Positions 49,539 to 62,180 of a stretch of 64,000 nt of DNA are shown one piece after another. The notes beneath the pieces were generated by a model that saw only the letters and a list, made by a program, of their open reading frames with translations, made no database searches and was not told where the DNA came from. This stretch comes from Carcharhinus amblyrhynchos. Taxonomy: Eukaryota. The position numbers and the translations under genes were made by a program. Position 1 is the first letter of the stretch. Each line of letters begins with the position of its first letter. The stretch spans positions 96,782,001-96,846,000 of the forward strand of contig OZ336878.1 in the NCBI GenBank assembly GCA_965287045.1, given 5' to 3'.

Positions 49539-51534
49539 TCCTGAAATAAGCCAATTCTGACGAATTATACAATGTGTATAGGCATAGAATGCGCAATTTC
49601 CCTTCATAAAAAAAAAACCCCTCATCTATAAAATCAGCCTAGAGACCCAACTGTGTACTGTCTCCATAAAGTCATCCTCCTCCTAAAATAAGAAAACAAA
49701 AAAAGTGTACATAGCACCCTTGCGCGTCCGCATTAATGGTTTGCATACTTGCAGCAATGAGTCACTGCTTTCATACTATCGATGTCAAAATTTCATTTGC
49801 TTTCTTTATAGCGTTATATTTTGGATGCTAGTTTTCTGTTATTCATGCATACTTGCATGAATGAGCTAAATTCACACTTAACCATCTTCAAATTCATCTA
49901 CCAAGTGTTGTGCCACTAACCTTACCTATTCATGCCCATTTGTAAATTTCTTATCACCTCGTTGCAACTCATTTTCCCCACCTATTTTAAAGTAATCTGC
50001 AAAGCTACCTATAGTGCCTTATATCCCCGTATCCAAATCACAGGAAATGCCCTATTCATCTCAAGCCTTTGCTTACAGTTGGTAAATTTACATGGAATTA
50101 CAGGTGAATTGACCTTGTGCATTAACTTCTGGTGATCCGAATTGTGGAATATCTTCTCGATGTCCAGATATGCTCGAAATACAGGATCCACATATTCCTG
50201 TTCGATTGTTGTACCTTTGAAGAAAGAGCCAAAGAGAGAAGGAGTTGTAAAACGTAACTTTATGGAATTGACCTATATTCCAATATAGGATTTCGACTTT
50301 TGATCAGCTCGAATTTCTCCACTAGCGTAAAACTTCAGACGCGATTACTGTTCTATTCCACTAATTTCAAAAACGAACATGGGCTATTTGTCACACCTCG
50401 TTTACTGGCACTCGGCATCTCCTTTCTAATGGAACAGATATATAAAAAAAGACCAACGTTATGACAGCAATCACTAATGTCCAAATACGTAAAAAAATCC
50501 CGAGCCAATATTTGCCTAATTATGGCCCGGCATTCACTACTCTATGTATTTATTGCATATCGCTCTGATTTCCCAACAGATTCACTCCTATATCGTCATT
50601 TATCTATTTATAGGCCGTCAGGTTACTCCAGTAACATCGTCGTGTTATTTTGTTTCTCAAGTACAAACACATAGACGTCGTCTTTGCATGCTGAACGGCA
50701 TTTTTTTATTTCCAAAAAACATACAGTACTCCCTAAACAGGAAAGTGAATTTAACGGCTTCTGCGTGCGCAAATATTTTCATAATAGTCTTTAATCTTGA
50801 ATGTCAAGCGCCAGTTCCCACTTTTAACGGGTTTTGAGACACAGCTCTGCTGATGTTACTTCGCCATTGTCTGACATAGTTATTAGCGTCGGAATAGCAC
50901 AAACAGTATTCATTGACTCATTAGTTCACACACGTGCTTTCTAAACATATTTGGTGTTCCTCAATTTCCTTCGTATTCTGGGACAAACCCATAAGTCACC
51001 ACGGTCTTCCCATACAAGGTCCTTTAAGTAAAATTGATGAATTTTACTCTTGTTACTGACCGCGATATGTTGGTTCTATTGTTTTGCCAAATAACTTAAA
51101 TACTCTACAGGCAGATCAAAATATATCGTCTAAAAAAACTATCAGGTTTTCTTGAAACTTTTTTTATTCTCTTTCAGGAGGTGCTGCATCGCTTAGTGTT
51201 TACCCCAATATCCCACGAATCTGATATCCTCCAATCTGCACCACGTCTCAAGCCACATATTTATCCTCCATACATTTTTCCTCTTTAAAGTGGGAAATGG
51301 GAGAAATACAGTTGTTGCTACAGCCGAAGACCTCCGCTTAATAACCGTCTTAATTTCGAAAAATCCGGTCTCGTGAACTCAATAGATGCCCTGCGACACG
51401 TTCCTGCCAAAGTTCATCACAACTTGTGGCTATCTATCTTCAGAACATTCACTACCTTCTCCCTGGCATCGGCCAAGTTCAGTAAAAAGTCTGACAACAC
51501 CAGGTTTTAGTCCAACCTATTTATTTGATAATAT

Positions 51535-51576
51535 GCTCACAAGCTTTCGAGGGGACTGCCTCTTCGTCAGGTGAAT
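51535..51576 (-). ncRNA. Minimal type I hammerhead ribozyme motif, copy 1
   Basis: Minus strand: AUUCAC CUGACGA A GAGG-cagucc-CCUC GAAA GC UU GUGAGC. Confidence 0.75.
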
Positions 51577-51588
51577 GGAGAGTTTTCC

Positions 51589-51630
51589 ATTCACCTGACG
51601 AAGAGGCAGTCCCCTCGAAAGCTTGTGAGT
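51589..51630 (+). ncRNA. Minimal type I hammerhead ribozyme motif, copy 2
   Basis: Stem I auucac/gugagu; CUGACGA 51595-51601; stem II gagg/ccuc; GAAA 51617-51620; palindromic AGCU in place of stem III; predicted cut after 51624. Confidence 0.78.
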
Positions 51631-51670
51631 ATATTATCAAATAAATAGGTTGGTGAATGGAGAACTCTCC

Positions 51671-51712
51671 ATTCACCTGACGAAGAGGCAGTCCCCTCGA
51701 AAGCTTGTGAGT
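51671..51712 (+). ncRNA. Minimal type I hammerhead ribozyme motif, copy 3
   Basis: Identical to copy 2; CUGACGA 51677-51683, GAAA 51699-51702, predicted cut after 51706. Confidence 0.78.
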
Positions 51713-52073
51713 ATATTATCAAATAAATAGGTTGGACTAAAACCTGGTGTTGTCAGACTTTTTACTGTGTTTACGCCAGTCCAACGCCGGCATACCCATA
51801 TCATCGGCCAAGTTCTCATGGCTGAGGTAATGCATAATGATAAATTCACGTTTACGGTTATAGAAATGATTGTGCACCAATTGCTGAATCTTCGACAACG
51901 ATTGCACCTGTGCTCTTATCTATCCGGTGACAAAGCCATATTTTTTTAAAAGTTGCAACATTTGTATTTTATTATCTTTTTGTGTCAATTTTTCTTTCGA
52001 ATTTTCTGTTCCAGGTACATTCTTACTGCGTTGATTTTAGCTTTGCCCTACTTAATTATTAGTAATATTAGTA

Positions 52074-52120
52074 TTCTTCTTCTTCGTCTTCTTCTTCTTC
52101 TTTTTCTTCTTCTTCTTATT
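52074..52120. repeat. (CTT)n microsatellite, imperfect
   Basis: ttcttcttcttcgtcttcttcttcttctttttcttcttcttcttatt. Confidence 0.9.
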
Positions 52121-53579
52121 TTTTTTAAGGAATTCCTGTTCTTTTTCATAGCAACGCATATCGAATTAGACAATTATGTCTATTCCACCAGGCCATGCTA
52201 ATCCCAAGGACAAACAGTAAGTTTAACAATAAGAATAGGGGTGTGCGGAGGGGGTGCGGCGGGGGTGGGGGTGCTCAGATATGTCAATTAAGAAGTCAGG
52301 AGACCAGAAGTTACAATAAACTGATTATTCACAATACCCACAAGCGTAGGAGTACGGAAATGGGATACAGCAGTGCCAAGTATTTCTCGGCTTCTTGTTC
52401 TGAATGAAAGTTATAGATTAATGGGTTATTTGGACAGATTCTGAGTCAAATGTAACCTACACAGGACAATCACATATATGTAAACAGGATTGGGCAGGTA
52501 TTGCAGTGGAGCGGTTTGTCCCTCAGCTTGGCAGAGTAGTGACAACATTTAGAAGGCCAAGTGCCACAATTTCAGTTGAAATGCAGACATTTAAGAAGCA
52601 AGTGTAGGAGACAGAGCAAACAGAGACCAGAGGCAAGTCTGTAATTGGCTGCATTTATTTTACTGAGGGCGTCCAATGATCAAAGCAGCTGTGGAACAAG
52701 CATAGTTTGACATTTCAAAGGATGATGTGCTAACGGGTATTCAAATATTAATATCAAAAATGACAGTTAATTATTCCCGTTAGCAGGATTTCAGATGCGT
52801 CAGAAACCAATGTCATCTACGTGGACATAAGACAGCGAATTCAGAAATGGCAAGCAACATGTACGCCGCAAGAATTAAGACAGAAGCGCGTTGTGCGAGA
52901 TATATAATCGAAATAAACTCAGCGGGAAAAACAGAAAGATAATAAGAAATCGTAACAGTAGAACTTTATCATGAACTCCGAATATGCAGAGTCAAATGGA
53001 AATGCAAGTGCGTGCACGTATTGCTGTGAGGCACAAAAACACAACATATACACCGCAGGAAATTTGAACCAACCTGAAATTTACTTGAATGATCCATGTT
53101 GACTGTTTCGTCATCTTAGGGTTCTGAAAAATATTGTTACTTTTGTTTGAATTCTCGCATGTCATGAAGGTTAACAAAACAAAGGCTCCAGTATTCACAT
53201 CTCTTCTTGAGACTGATAGGGTCACGGCGAACTGCCTACTTGAACGGCTGCAGATCGTGTGCACCCATCGTACCGCTAGTGAGAAAATTATTGACCCAGC
53301 GGCATGAAGATTGCGCGATGTTATACATGTTCGGATGATTTCAGGCTTGAGGAGATGTGACCTTGCAGTTGTTAGCATGCAACGACTGACCATCCCCTTC
53401 TACATGCTGGAGAGCTCAGGTTTGTAAAGTGCTTCCGATTAACCATTTGATAACTGTTTTAGCCCATCCCTGTCCACAACACCCATGTAATCAATCGTTT
53501 AATCGGACACGGACTTCCCTCATAATCCCTTGCTTGCTTTCCTTGAATTTTTAATTACTTTCGTCATAATTCTTGATAA

Positions 53580-53762
53580 TCGTAGAAACTCTACTTTGCA
53601 GAATGAGGCTATTCACCCATCGCGTCTGCACCGACAATTATCTCATTCAGGCCGAATCTTCGTCACCCCATATATTTACCCTCCTAATCCTCTAACCGAA
53701 GCATCCCGGGACAATAAGGGACGAGTTAGCATGGCCAATTCACTGAATCCACATCTTTGGAG
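53580..53762 (-). mobile_element. SINE 3' fragment (HE1-like)
   Basis: gcagaatgaggctattc...taagggacgagttagcatggccaattcactgaatccacatctttgg, antisense to the 10370 SINE. Confidence 0.6.
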
Positions 53763-54071
53763 CGAGAGAGCAAACACGAGCATCCAGAGGATAATTAGTA
53801 TTCCATCTATAGCAATATTTGTGACATCATTTTTCTACAAATGTGTTCATTGCCCATTTTGGTTGGAAGGACGATTTATTAAAATGTTTAATACAGACCA
53901 CCACTAAAACTTCTGTCTGGCATTTCGGACTGTCAACTGGTTTCTGTAACTTTCCTCCTGTCCAGTCTTAGTTTAGCATGCCAGAGTTATCTTTGTTTTA
54001 TTTGTTTACGTTTTAGTGCTTTTTCTTCAGAATTCGTTTTGCATTTTCTATGCTGCTTTGGGTTTTGATGT

Positions 54072-54135
54072 ATGTGCTACCAAATAAACCTGTTGGAAAT
54101 TAACCTGGGGTTTCGAGACTTCTTGCTTTGTGCTT
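54072..54135 (+). mobile_element. Penelope end remnant
   Basis: gtgctaccaaataaacctgttggaaattaacctggggtttcgagacttctt, the same end sequence as the 17.7-kb and 51.7-kb elements. Confidence 0.55.
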
Positions 54136-54594
54136 CTCCAGTACTGAGATTTTAATGATGATATACATTTCTTGTTTATGGATATTAACTTACTCTACGG
54201 TCTATTTGATACTTACTTTCTGCTCTATATGGAGGACTCGTTTTAGTCCTGAGTGATAACGCTCGTTTTCTAAACCGTCATCATCCTATCAGTAAGCACC
54301 ACTCACTGACTTGGCGATGTTTAACTCAAGTAGATATTTCGCCTGAAATGTTCCCATTCATATCATAAATTGGGAGATTTGTCCTATCTCATTTAGCCTT
54401 CTGTTGTAATTTCCCTCAAGCACTCTCAATATTTAAGCTCTGAGAACTTTTCCACTGATACCAGAGATACGAAAATAGTAATATTGTCTAATTTCCCTCC
54501 ATCATGGAGACAAAAGTGAGACATTCTTTAATATCTCCGCAATTTGGAATATAATTTGTAACTGTTGAAATAATATGCATACATGGCTATGGAC

Positions 54595-54890
54595 AGAGCA
54601 AAGAACAAAGAACAAAAACAACCCGGGAAACAGACCCTTCGGCCCAACGAGCCCGGGCCACCACTTTAACATTACCAGCGACCCCCCCACCCGCCCCCCC
54701 CCCCCCCCTCCACCCATGACCCTTATCTATGCTTATGGCATTCCACATTGAGGGAAAACTAATGTAGGGACAATTTATTACCTCCAATCAGCCTAATAGC
54801 ACATCTTTTGGGTGTGGGAGGAAACCGGAGCACCCGGAGAAAACCCACGCAAGCACGGGGAGAATGCACAAACTCCCACAGACACTGGCC
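54595..54890 (-). mobile_element. CR1-type tail joined to a SINE core
   Basis: aaagaacaaagaacaaa tail, cccttcggcccaa, then gggtgtgggaggaaaccggagcacccggag...gcacggggagaatgcacaaactcc. Confidence 0.75.
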
Positions 54891-55094
54891 CAAATCCATG
54901 TGTCTGCACAGCAAACAGCGATAGTCACTCAGCTGTCGTGTTGCCCAGCATCTGGTCCAGTTTAAGCGTACACTAACGACATGAAGGTCTAGGCTACTCT
55001 CGAACATCCAAGAGCAAACCTTGTACGACCCATCGCGTGTATGCCTCTTGTTGGACAACACGGCGGACCGACTTAAAACCTGTGAATTAAAAAA

Positions 55095-55149
55095 GAAAAA
55101 CATTAGTATCATAGAAAAACATTAGTAGCATGAAAAACATTCGTATCAT
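55095..55149. repeat. Three copies of an 18-19 bp unit (gaaaaacattagtatcat)
   Basis: gaaaaacattagtatcata-gaaaaacattagtagcat-gaaaaacattcgtatcat. Confidence 0.85.
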
Positions 55150-55959
55150 TACAGCTGGGCCAATTCAAGCTCTGGCAGATATATGACAACTAGACTTCGC
55201 AAGGCGCAAACATCAGGCCATACCATGCTCGACATCGGATAAACTAAAAAAAATCCATAATTTTAAATAGCATTGCCACCTCTGTAACCACAACATCGAG
55301 GTCTTGGGGATTCGCTTCGACCAAAGACTGAACTGAATTCGTCATATGCATGGCATGACTAAAATAACGAAACAAAAGCTGATAGTCCTGCAGCTGTTCC
55401 TCATTTCCTGGACCCAGCAAGCGTGCACACTAGCAATAACGCATGAGCTCGGCGTGAATACATTGCTTTTCCCTCGAAAAGTTCAGCTTTGACAGTACTG
55501 TAGGTCATCGAAACCATGCATAACGCAACAACATTCTTGATTTTCTTTCCATCCATGATTAGGAACCCTGACTCAAAGGCACAACAGCGCATGTACCTTC
55601 TCCAAGATGGGCTAAAACAGCTATCTAATTGTTATTCGGAAGCACTTTACAAAGGGTAACAGGCTAGTTGTAGTTTGCATGAATTTTACCAATGACTTTG
55701 ATAAGATCGTGTTGACAGTGAAATGAAATATGTCGGAACTTGCAGAATGCTCAATATAAGTTGTTTCAATAACAAGATAATAGTTTTCACCAGGAGAGAG
55801 CTGGTGACCCGGGGCACATTTTCCAAAAAAAAACACGATAGAGGGGGAAAGACTCATTACATGGACACATAACAAGGGGAAAACATATACTTAACTCGAG
55901 GGTGGTTAACAACAGGGCTGAACCCAAAAGCCGGGACATGGATTGTAGCTGGATAGTTG

Positions 55960-56790
55960 CTTTTGTTTTCATTATTGCTGCAATTGAAAATAAATCATTC
56001 GAAGCCGCTGTAAAGAAGATCCATACCATTCACAGAGTACATAAAGGAGAAGGAAAGGAGATGGTCTGGAATGCAGTTTTACAGTTTTAGATTTAACATT
56101 AGGAGCGGACAGTCAAAAGTCTGACGGCAACAGGAAAGAAACGCTTCTACAGTCCGCTTGTGTGTGATCTCAGACATTTGTATTTTTCTTTTCTGACGAA
56201 TGAAATTGGAAAATAGTATGTCCGGGGTGTCGATGGCCCTTCATTCTGCTGCTGCTTTTCCGAGACAGCGCAAAATATAGACGAGGTCAATGAATGGGAG
56301 GCTCGTTTGCCTGATGGACTGGGCTGAGTTCACATCGCTTTGTTTTTTTTTCTTTCGGCCTTGGTCGGATCAGGAGTCATAACAGGCTGAGGTACATCTG
56401 GATTTTTTTTTTCTGGCGCATTTGCGAAAATTGGAGTGATTCGTGGCAAACATGCCGAATTTCTTTTGCCTCGGGAAAAGTAAGTAGAGGCGTTGATGGC
56501 ATTTTATCTGTTGATTCAGCTTGAAGCGGGGAGGACGTGTGACTTGGTCAGATAGAAACTTGAAGGCACCTATTGTTTGCCCTGCATCACTGTTAGTGTA
56601 GACAGGGGCATGACCCCCACTACGCTTTTTGATGTAGATGACTATCTGCTTTGTTTTACTGAACTAGAGAGAGAGATTATCGTGGACGTACCATTTCATC
56701 AATTTCTCCATTTATTTCCTGTGTCCCGTTTCCTCATTTTTGAAGTATCATTAGCAAACTTGAAAATGAAGTTGATGCTGGATTTGGTCA
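55960..56790 (-). mobile_element. Rex1/Babar-clade LINE 3' fragment
   Basis: Minus reading SINFIFKFANDT (KFADDT motif), then sequence colinear with the 3' part of the 21-22 kb element. Confidence 0.65.
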
Positions 56791-57233
56791 ACCTGTCCAA
56801 AGCATCGTAAGGATCCGATGGCACAGCCTTGTGAGGCACCCGTGCCGAATATATTCAGAAACGGACATGATTGCCCCCCCCCCCAAAAAAAAAACATATT
56901 TACGGTTGTTTTGTTTTTAGTTTTTCTACATCATTGTGTAGCTGCGCCGGATACGATTGGATTTTTTTGAAAATAATTGTATTCTCATTTTCGTGCAATC
57001 AGTAAATTCGACGATTTTCATTTCAGTAGCTTCTGCTGACCTTCTTCGTTTCACCAACTTCAGCAGCTCGTTCACGCTTTATCCGCTAAATGCTATGGTC
57101 AGACAAAACTTTGCAAACTGTGCTTTAATTCGTAACATGTGTGTTTCTTTATCTTTGCTATCCTCGATTGTCAAAGTTTGACATCCGGTCCAGCAACGTC
57201 TAGAAAGAAATTAATTTTCTTTGCACTAAAATG

Positions 57234-57533
57234 CATAGAATCATTACAGTGCAGGGGAAGACCGTTTGCTACATCGAACCTGCACCGACACCATCCCATC
57301 CACATAACCTACGTATTTTGCCTGCTCGTACTCCTGACAATACAAGTAAATTTCCCATGGTCAATCAACTTGAACTACGCATTTTTGGACTGTGGGAGGA
57401 AAGTGGAGCAGCCGGAGGATGCCATGCAGACACGGAGAAAATATACAAACTGGACACAGAAGGTCACCCAGGCCAGAATTGAACCCGAGTTTCTGGCGGT
57501 GTGAGAGAGCCGTGCGAACCATTGTGCCGCCCC
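57234..57533 (-). mobile_element. tRNA-derived SINE (HE1-like)
   Basis: Minus begins ggggcggcacaatggttcgcacggct...ctcgggttcaattctggcc; core tttggactgtgggaggaaa; tail catagaatc. Confidence 0.8.
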
Positions 57534-59559
57534 TCCTTCAAGGTCACAATTTTTGCAATATGTTGCCCAAGCATCTCAGCCTCTTTTCTGACTAACGTCC
57601 TTGACGTCAGTCCGAAAAAAAAGTCTTAGCTTTTGATTACACTTTGTCTGACCTGGCGGAATATTGTTTTACGAAGCATTGTCTCTAATATTTTTAATGT
57701 ATGCCCCTAATGAAATGTTTCCTATAATTTCAATGTGCTTGCTAAATGAATGGAGGTTTCTTTGATGTGTTCAATTTATTCGACAGTTGCTTTAGTTTTC
57801 TCATCCATTCCATGGCAGTTCAATTCAAACAGTCATTTTTTTTTCTCATGTTGAGTCGGGAAGATTAATCCCGTTGGAATGAATGCTGTTAAGGAAAGCA
57901 TGGTAGAAGAAGGGGAGGAGAATGTGATAGTCCCAATGAATCCAGGAGCCGAATGACAATTGAGACTGAAAATAGTGAGGTATATATAAAAAACGTGGTG
58001 TGTTCATCGTCGCTGTCCCAGGGCAATGGTGATGTAGAAAGGAAAAGGGTGGGTTTATTTTTGTTTTCCAGGCTAGATTGATTTGAGGGCGTCGGGGACA
58101 TTTGATTGATTTAGAAAGCTGGGGCAAGGGGGTGGGTGATTGTATTCTGCAAACAGGTCTCTGAGCTGACCCTGCAAGTTCTTGTACATTGCGTACAGCC
58201 TTTCGGATAGCAGCTATAGTGCTGCCCGCTAAAGGAATAAGAGATGCAAAACTGCTCTTGCAGCCACAGTATTGTTTTGACTCATCCGGTTGATTATGTG
58301 GGCAGTGAAGAAAATACCTGCCCCACCGCTCACCACATCTCCCCAGATATTGGCCGTCAAAGATTCAGCAATATGAATATCATCCATTGTGGATTATGTG
58401 CGGCAATGTTCCAATATAATTTAAAACAAATAAACTATATTCCCAGGAATAGTGTTGGTGTCTGCCCCATATTTTTTGTATTGGAAGTCCTCCCTATACG
58501 TGGACTCATATAGATTTCGGTTTCATTTCCTTTCAGCTAGATACATATTGAAATTCTGAAATATGATTTCATATATCCACCCAGAAGCCGCACGCCAGAT
58601 ATTTTTGTGTTACAAATTACCAAACGTGTGTCCACACTGTTTAGTTTTGTGTACTCTAGTGACCGTCTTTCACTGAATTCCGCAGTTTAGATTTATCTAT
58701 ATCTTCGATTCATAAATTGAATGTATGATTAAAATCTGAGCTATTAACGCAGCTTGTCAATTCCAAAAGTGTGGGTTACTCTTATTTTATCATTACAATA
58801 TATTATATTTACCTGGATATTTTCCACCTGTCAAGTTAACACAACATTAGGTTCACATTTATTGTGCTAAGGCTAAGTCTAAGACAATGCAAGTTAAAAT
58901 ACGCTATATATACAACTAGTGATACCCATGGCGAAGGGAAAGGACACATTAATCGGGAAACCCATTCAGACAATACAGAATGACATGGATGGTTATAAAT
59001 GAGGCCACTAATTGATGTTGGTTAATCCTGTTGATGAACTCACAACCCATGTAAAGAGATTCTCACTTTTAAATGGCCATTTTGTTTTATTATTGCTGCG
59101 GTAAAGTAATGGTGATTGACATCACGCATGATGTCGAGCTCCCATTGAGGAGGGCGCAGATTAAATTTCACAGACGTTTTCATGTTATTATGAGGAAATC
59201 GTCGATGATTATTTTGGAAATAGAAGCAGCGCTAAGAACGATTTTTTTTTTCTTGACGTGTTAGGAGCGTGTGTCAGATATTTCTTCACGCAGAGAATCA
59301 AAAGGCTGTGAAACTCACTTACCTTGTTTTTTGTCCGTCAAAAAGACAATGCCTCACTGCAAAGACTGAAATTCGGGCAAGATAGAGAAACTTGATTACT
59401 GCTGCTATGTCAGTAATGCCAACCAGTGTTTATTGTATTTGTTCAAAATTTATATTGACAGAAAACACGAAGAATGTTGGATCACAATTGGAACAAGCAA
59501 GCATTGCGTTATACATTTTAATTGCAGATTATCGACAGTGGAGCAGCAATGGCAGGAAT

Positions 59560-61210
59560 ATTGCGGGGTTATGCGGGAGGCAAAACTGAAATTCATCCCA
59601 AGGAGGAGGAAACATGCTAAGGAGAGGACGAGGCATCCATGTCTGAGGAGATAAGTCAAGGACCGTGAAAACGCAAAAGGGATATGCGGCAAAGTGGCCA
59701 GGATTAGTGAGAAGCCAGAGATAGCTGAGGAAATCGTGGAGGCATTGTTGGTGATCTTTCAGGAACTGCTGATTGCAGCGAGGATCCCACAGAACTGGAA
59801 AGTTGTTCATGTAACACCTCAGTTTAAGAAGGGAGGGAGACAACAGACCAGAAATTATCGGCTCGTGAGTCTGACCTCGGTAATTTGCAAGATTTTAGAG
59901 TCCATTATGAAACTTGAGATCGCGGAGTACTTGGAAGTGCAGGGTAAAATAGGACTGATTCAGTACAGCTTCGAAAACCCGATGTCAGGTCTGACAAATC
60001 AGGCAGAGTTCTTTGATGAGGTAACAAGCACGTTGGGTGAAGGAGAATCAGTGAACGTGATATATTTATATTTCCAATCAGCCTTTGACAAGATGCCACA
60101 TAGGACAATATTAAATAAGTTAAAAGCCCATTGTGTTCAGGGTAAGATCATGGCACGGTTAGAAGATTAGCTGATTGCATAAGGAAGACTGTGAGGATAA
60201 AGGAGTCTTCTCCAGATGACAAGAGGTGTGCCTCAGGGGTGGAGCTGGGACAACAATGTTGCACGGTATACATGAACGATTTGGAGGAATGAACTGAAGG
60301 CAAAGTTGCTTCGTTGGCAGATGATAAAAAGGTATGTAAAGGGATAAGTAGTACTGAGGACGCAGGGGGCTGCAGAAGAATTGGACGGGTTACAAGCGTG
60401 GGCAAAGAAGTGTCGGGGGAGTACAATGTGGGAAAGTGTGTGGTTATGCACTTTGGAAGGAGTAATGGACGCAAAGGCTATTTTGGAAGTGGGGAAATGC
60501 TTCGGAAATAAGAAGCACAGAAGGAATTGGGAGTCGTTGTTCAAGATGTTCTTACGGCTAACATGCAGTTGGCTCGGCAATTAGGAATGTTAGTGCAATG
60601 TTAGCATTCGTTTTGAGAGGGCTAGTATACAAGAGTAGGAATGTACTACTGATGCTGCATTAGGCTCTGTTCTGGGCCAATTTGAAGTATTGTTTAGCAG
60701 TTTTGGACCCTAAGTTTAAGGAAGAATGCACTAACCTTGGAACAGCTCCAGAGGAGGTTCACAAAATGATCTCTAGAATGAAGAACTCTGAATCTTGTCG
60801 GGTTGGAGTTCAGAAGGATGAGGGGGGAGGGGGGGGGGACCTCATTGAAATTATAGGATACTGCAAGGCCTGGATCGTGTGGAAGTAGAGAGGTTGTTTC
60901 TACTGGTAGGAAAACTAGAACCAGATGACAAAGTTCCAGGCTAACGGGACAATCCTTTCAATAAAAAAAATGAGAAGGGTTTGTTTTTTTCAGCCAAGAA
61001 CGGTGAATCTGTTGAACTCTTTGCCGCAGAAGGCTATGGATTCAAGTCATTGAGTGTCCGTAACACAAAATAGGTAGGTTCTTGATTTATGAGGGGATCA
61101 GACGTTAAGGAGAAAAGGCAGAAGAATGGGAATGAGAAAAATCATGATTGAATGGCGGAGCAGACTCGATGGGCCGCGAGGGTTACTTCTATTCCTAGTT
61201 TCATGGTCTA
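59560..61210 (+). mobile_element. CR1 LINE ORF2 3' half, degenerate
   Basis: ORF 59694-60170 EIVEALLVIFQ..WKVVHVTPQFKKGGRQQTRNYRLVSLTSVICKILESI...VIYLYFQSAFDKMPH; GVPQG; LADDKK; 3' end aatggcggagcagactcgatgggccg. Confidence 0.9.
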
Positions 61211-61263
61211 ACGGATGGCTAAATCCATTTCATTCAGACTGCTGTGAAGTTTAGTGCGTGACA

Positions 61264-62180
61264 CTATTTGTGATTTTTTTTCAATTTATTAAAGGCGATC
61301 AGGAAGGGCGTAATCATATTCTTCAATTCGTCTCGGAATTTCCTCTGGGACACTGCATAAATGAATGTGTTTGTGCAAGAACTTAAACACCGAAGCATGT
61401 AACCAGACTGTTCTGCAACGGTGAAAGAATCAGTGTAGTTTCCTTGCAGTAACTGGGAATCTGTGATTTGCACCAGTATAGCACATATAAATATTACAAG
61501 CCATAGCAGTATAAGATTTCCAGAAATGGCGAGGAGTAAAATTATAGATTTCCTTCGATTCCCTGCCTCCGGGTCAGTGAAATTCCTCCCAGTGTTATTT
61601 TTTCCTAGAAGCCCACTCCTCACTTTATTAGCCAGCATGATGTTGTTGATGGTCAGGGCATTGAGCAGCAAAATCAATGTAAGTGGAGCAAACGGAGTTA
61701 AAAACGTGTCGAACCACAAAAATGCAACCCATACTGGGGAGATGTAAAAGCTGGACTTCACGGCGCAGTATAGAGTCAGGTTTTCTATTATTTCCCGAGG
61801 TTCATAGATAAAGTAGATTGGAACATTTTGCAAAATCATGGCGAAGCACACCACTGTTATTACCTTAGTTGCAGTTTTCTCCGTGCAATATTTTCTTTGA
61901 AAGCTTTGGTAGCATATAGCAACAAATCGATCAAATGTGAAAGCAACAGTAAGCCATACAGAACAATCAACTGAAAGGAAGAGCAAGGCCAGATTGAGAC
62001 TACAAATGGGGGTATAGTTCAGAAACGAATACGGGAAGTAAGCATCTTTAATTTCATACAGAATAACTTCAAATATCAGGACCATTAAATCCGCCACCGT
62101 CATGGCTACCAAATAACGAGTGATGCACTTTGACAGACCACATTTTCCCCGACAGAGAATGACAACTGTCACACAATTAG
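61264..62180 (-). CDS. GPR139/GPR142-like GPCR paralog 3, exon 2 (open frame)
   Basis: Acceptor ttctattcttattgcag ends at 62181; ANCVTVVILCRGKCGLSKCITRYLVAM, FTFDRF, LTPFAPL, NRRKSIILLL, CTNTFIY; stop TAG at 61264-61266. Confidence 0.95.

Larger units (their letters stand above)
51481..51801. mobile_element. Young Penelope-derived insertion made only of pseudo-LTR ends, with a 14-bp TSD
   Basis: catcggccaagttc at 51467-51480 and 51802-51815; 105-bp inverted arms 51480-51584 and 51663-51767 with one mismatch; Penelope-type end ccagtccaacgccggcat. Confidence 0.88.

Noticed and set aside
51480-51770. CRISPR-like or terminator-like repeat array
   Set aside because: Vertebrate context, no unique spacers and no cas genes; explained by Penelope pseudo-LTR copies.
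47500-59500. A fourth receptor gene or pseudogene in the spacer
   Set aside because: I found no GKCGLS, AFTFDR or GVP|gtaag signature by eye; a highly decayed copy cannot be excluded without tblastn.
272-62180. Assigning the symbol GPR139 or GPR142 to any paralog
   Set aside because: Family resemblance is clear but diagnostic motifs differ and there are multiple paralogs; orthology needs a phylogeny.
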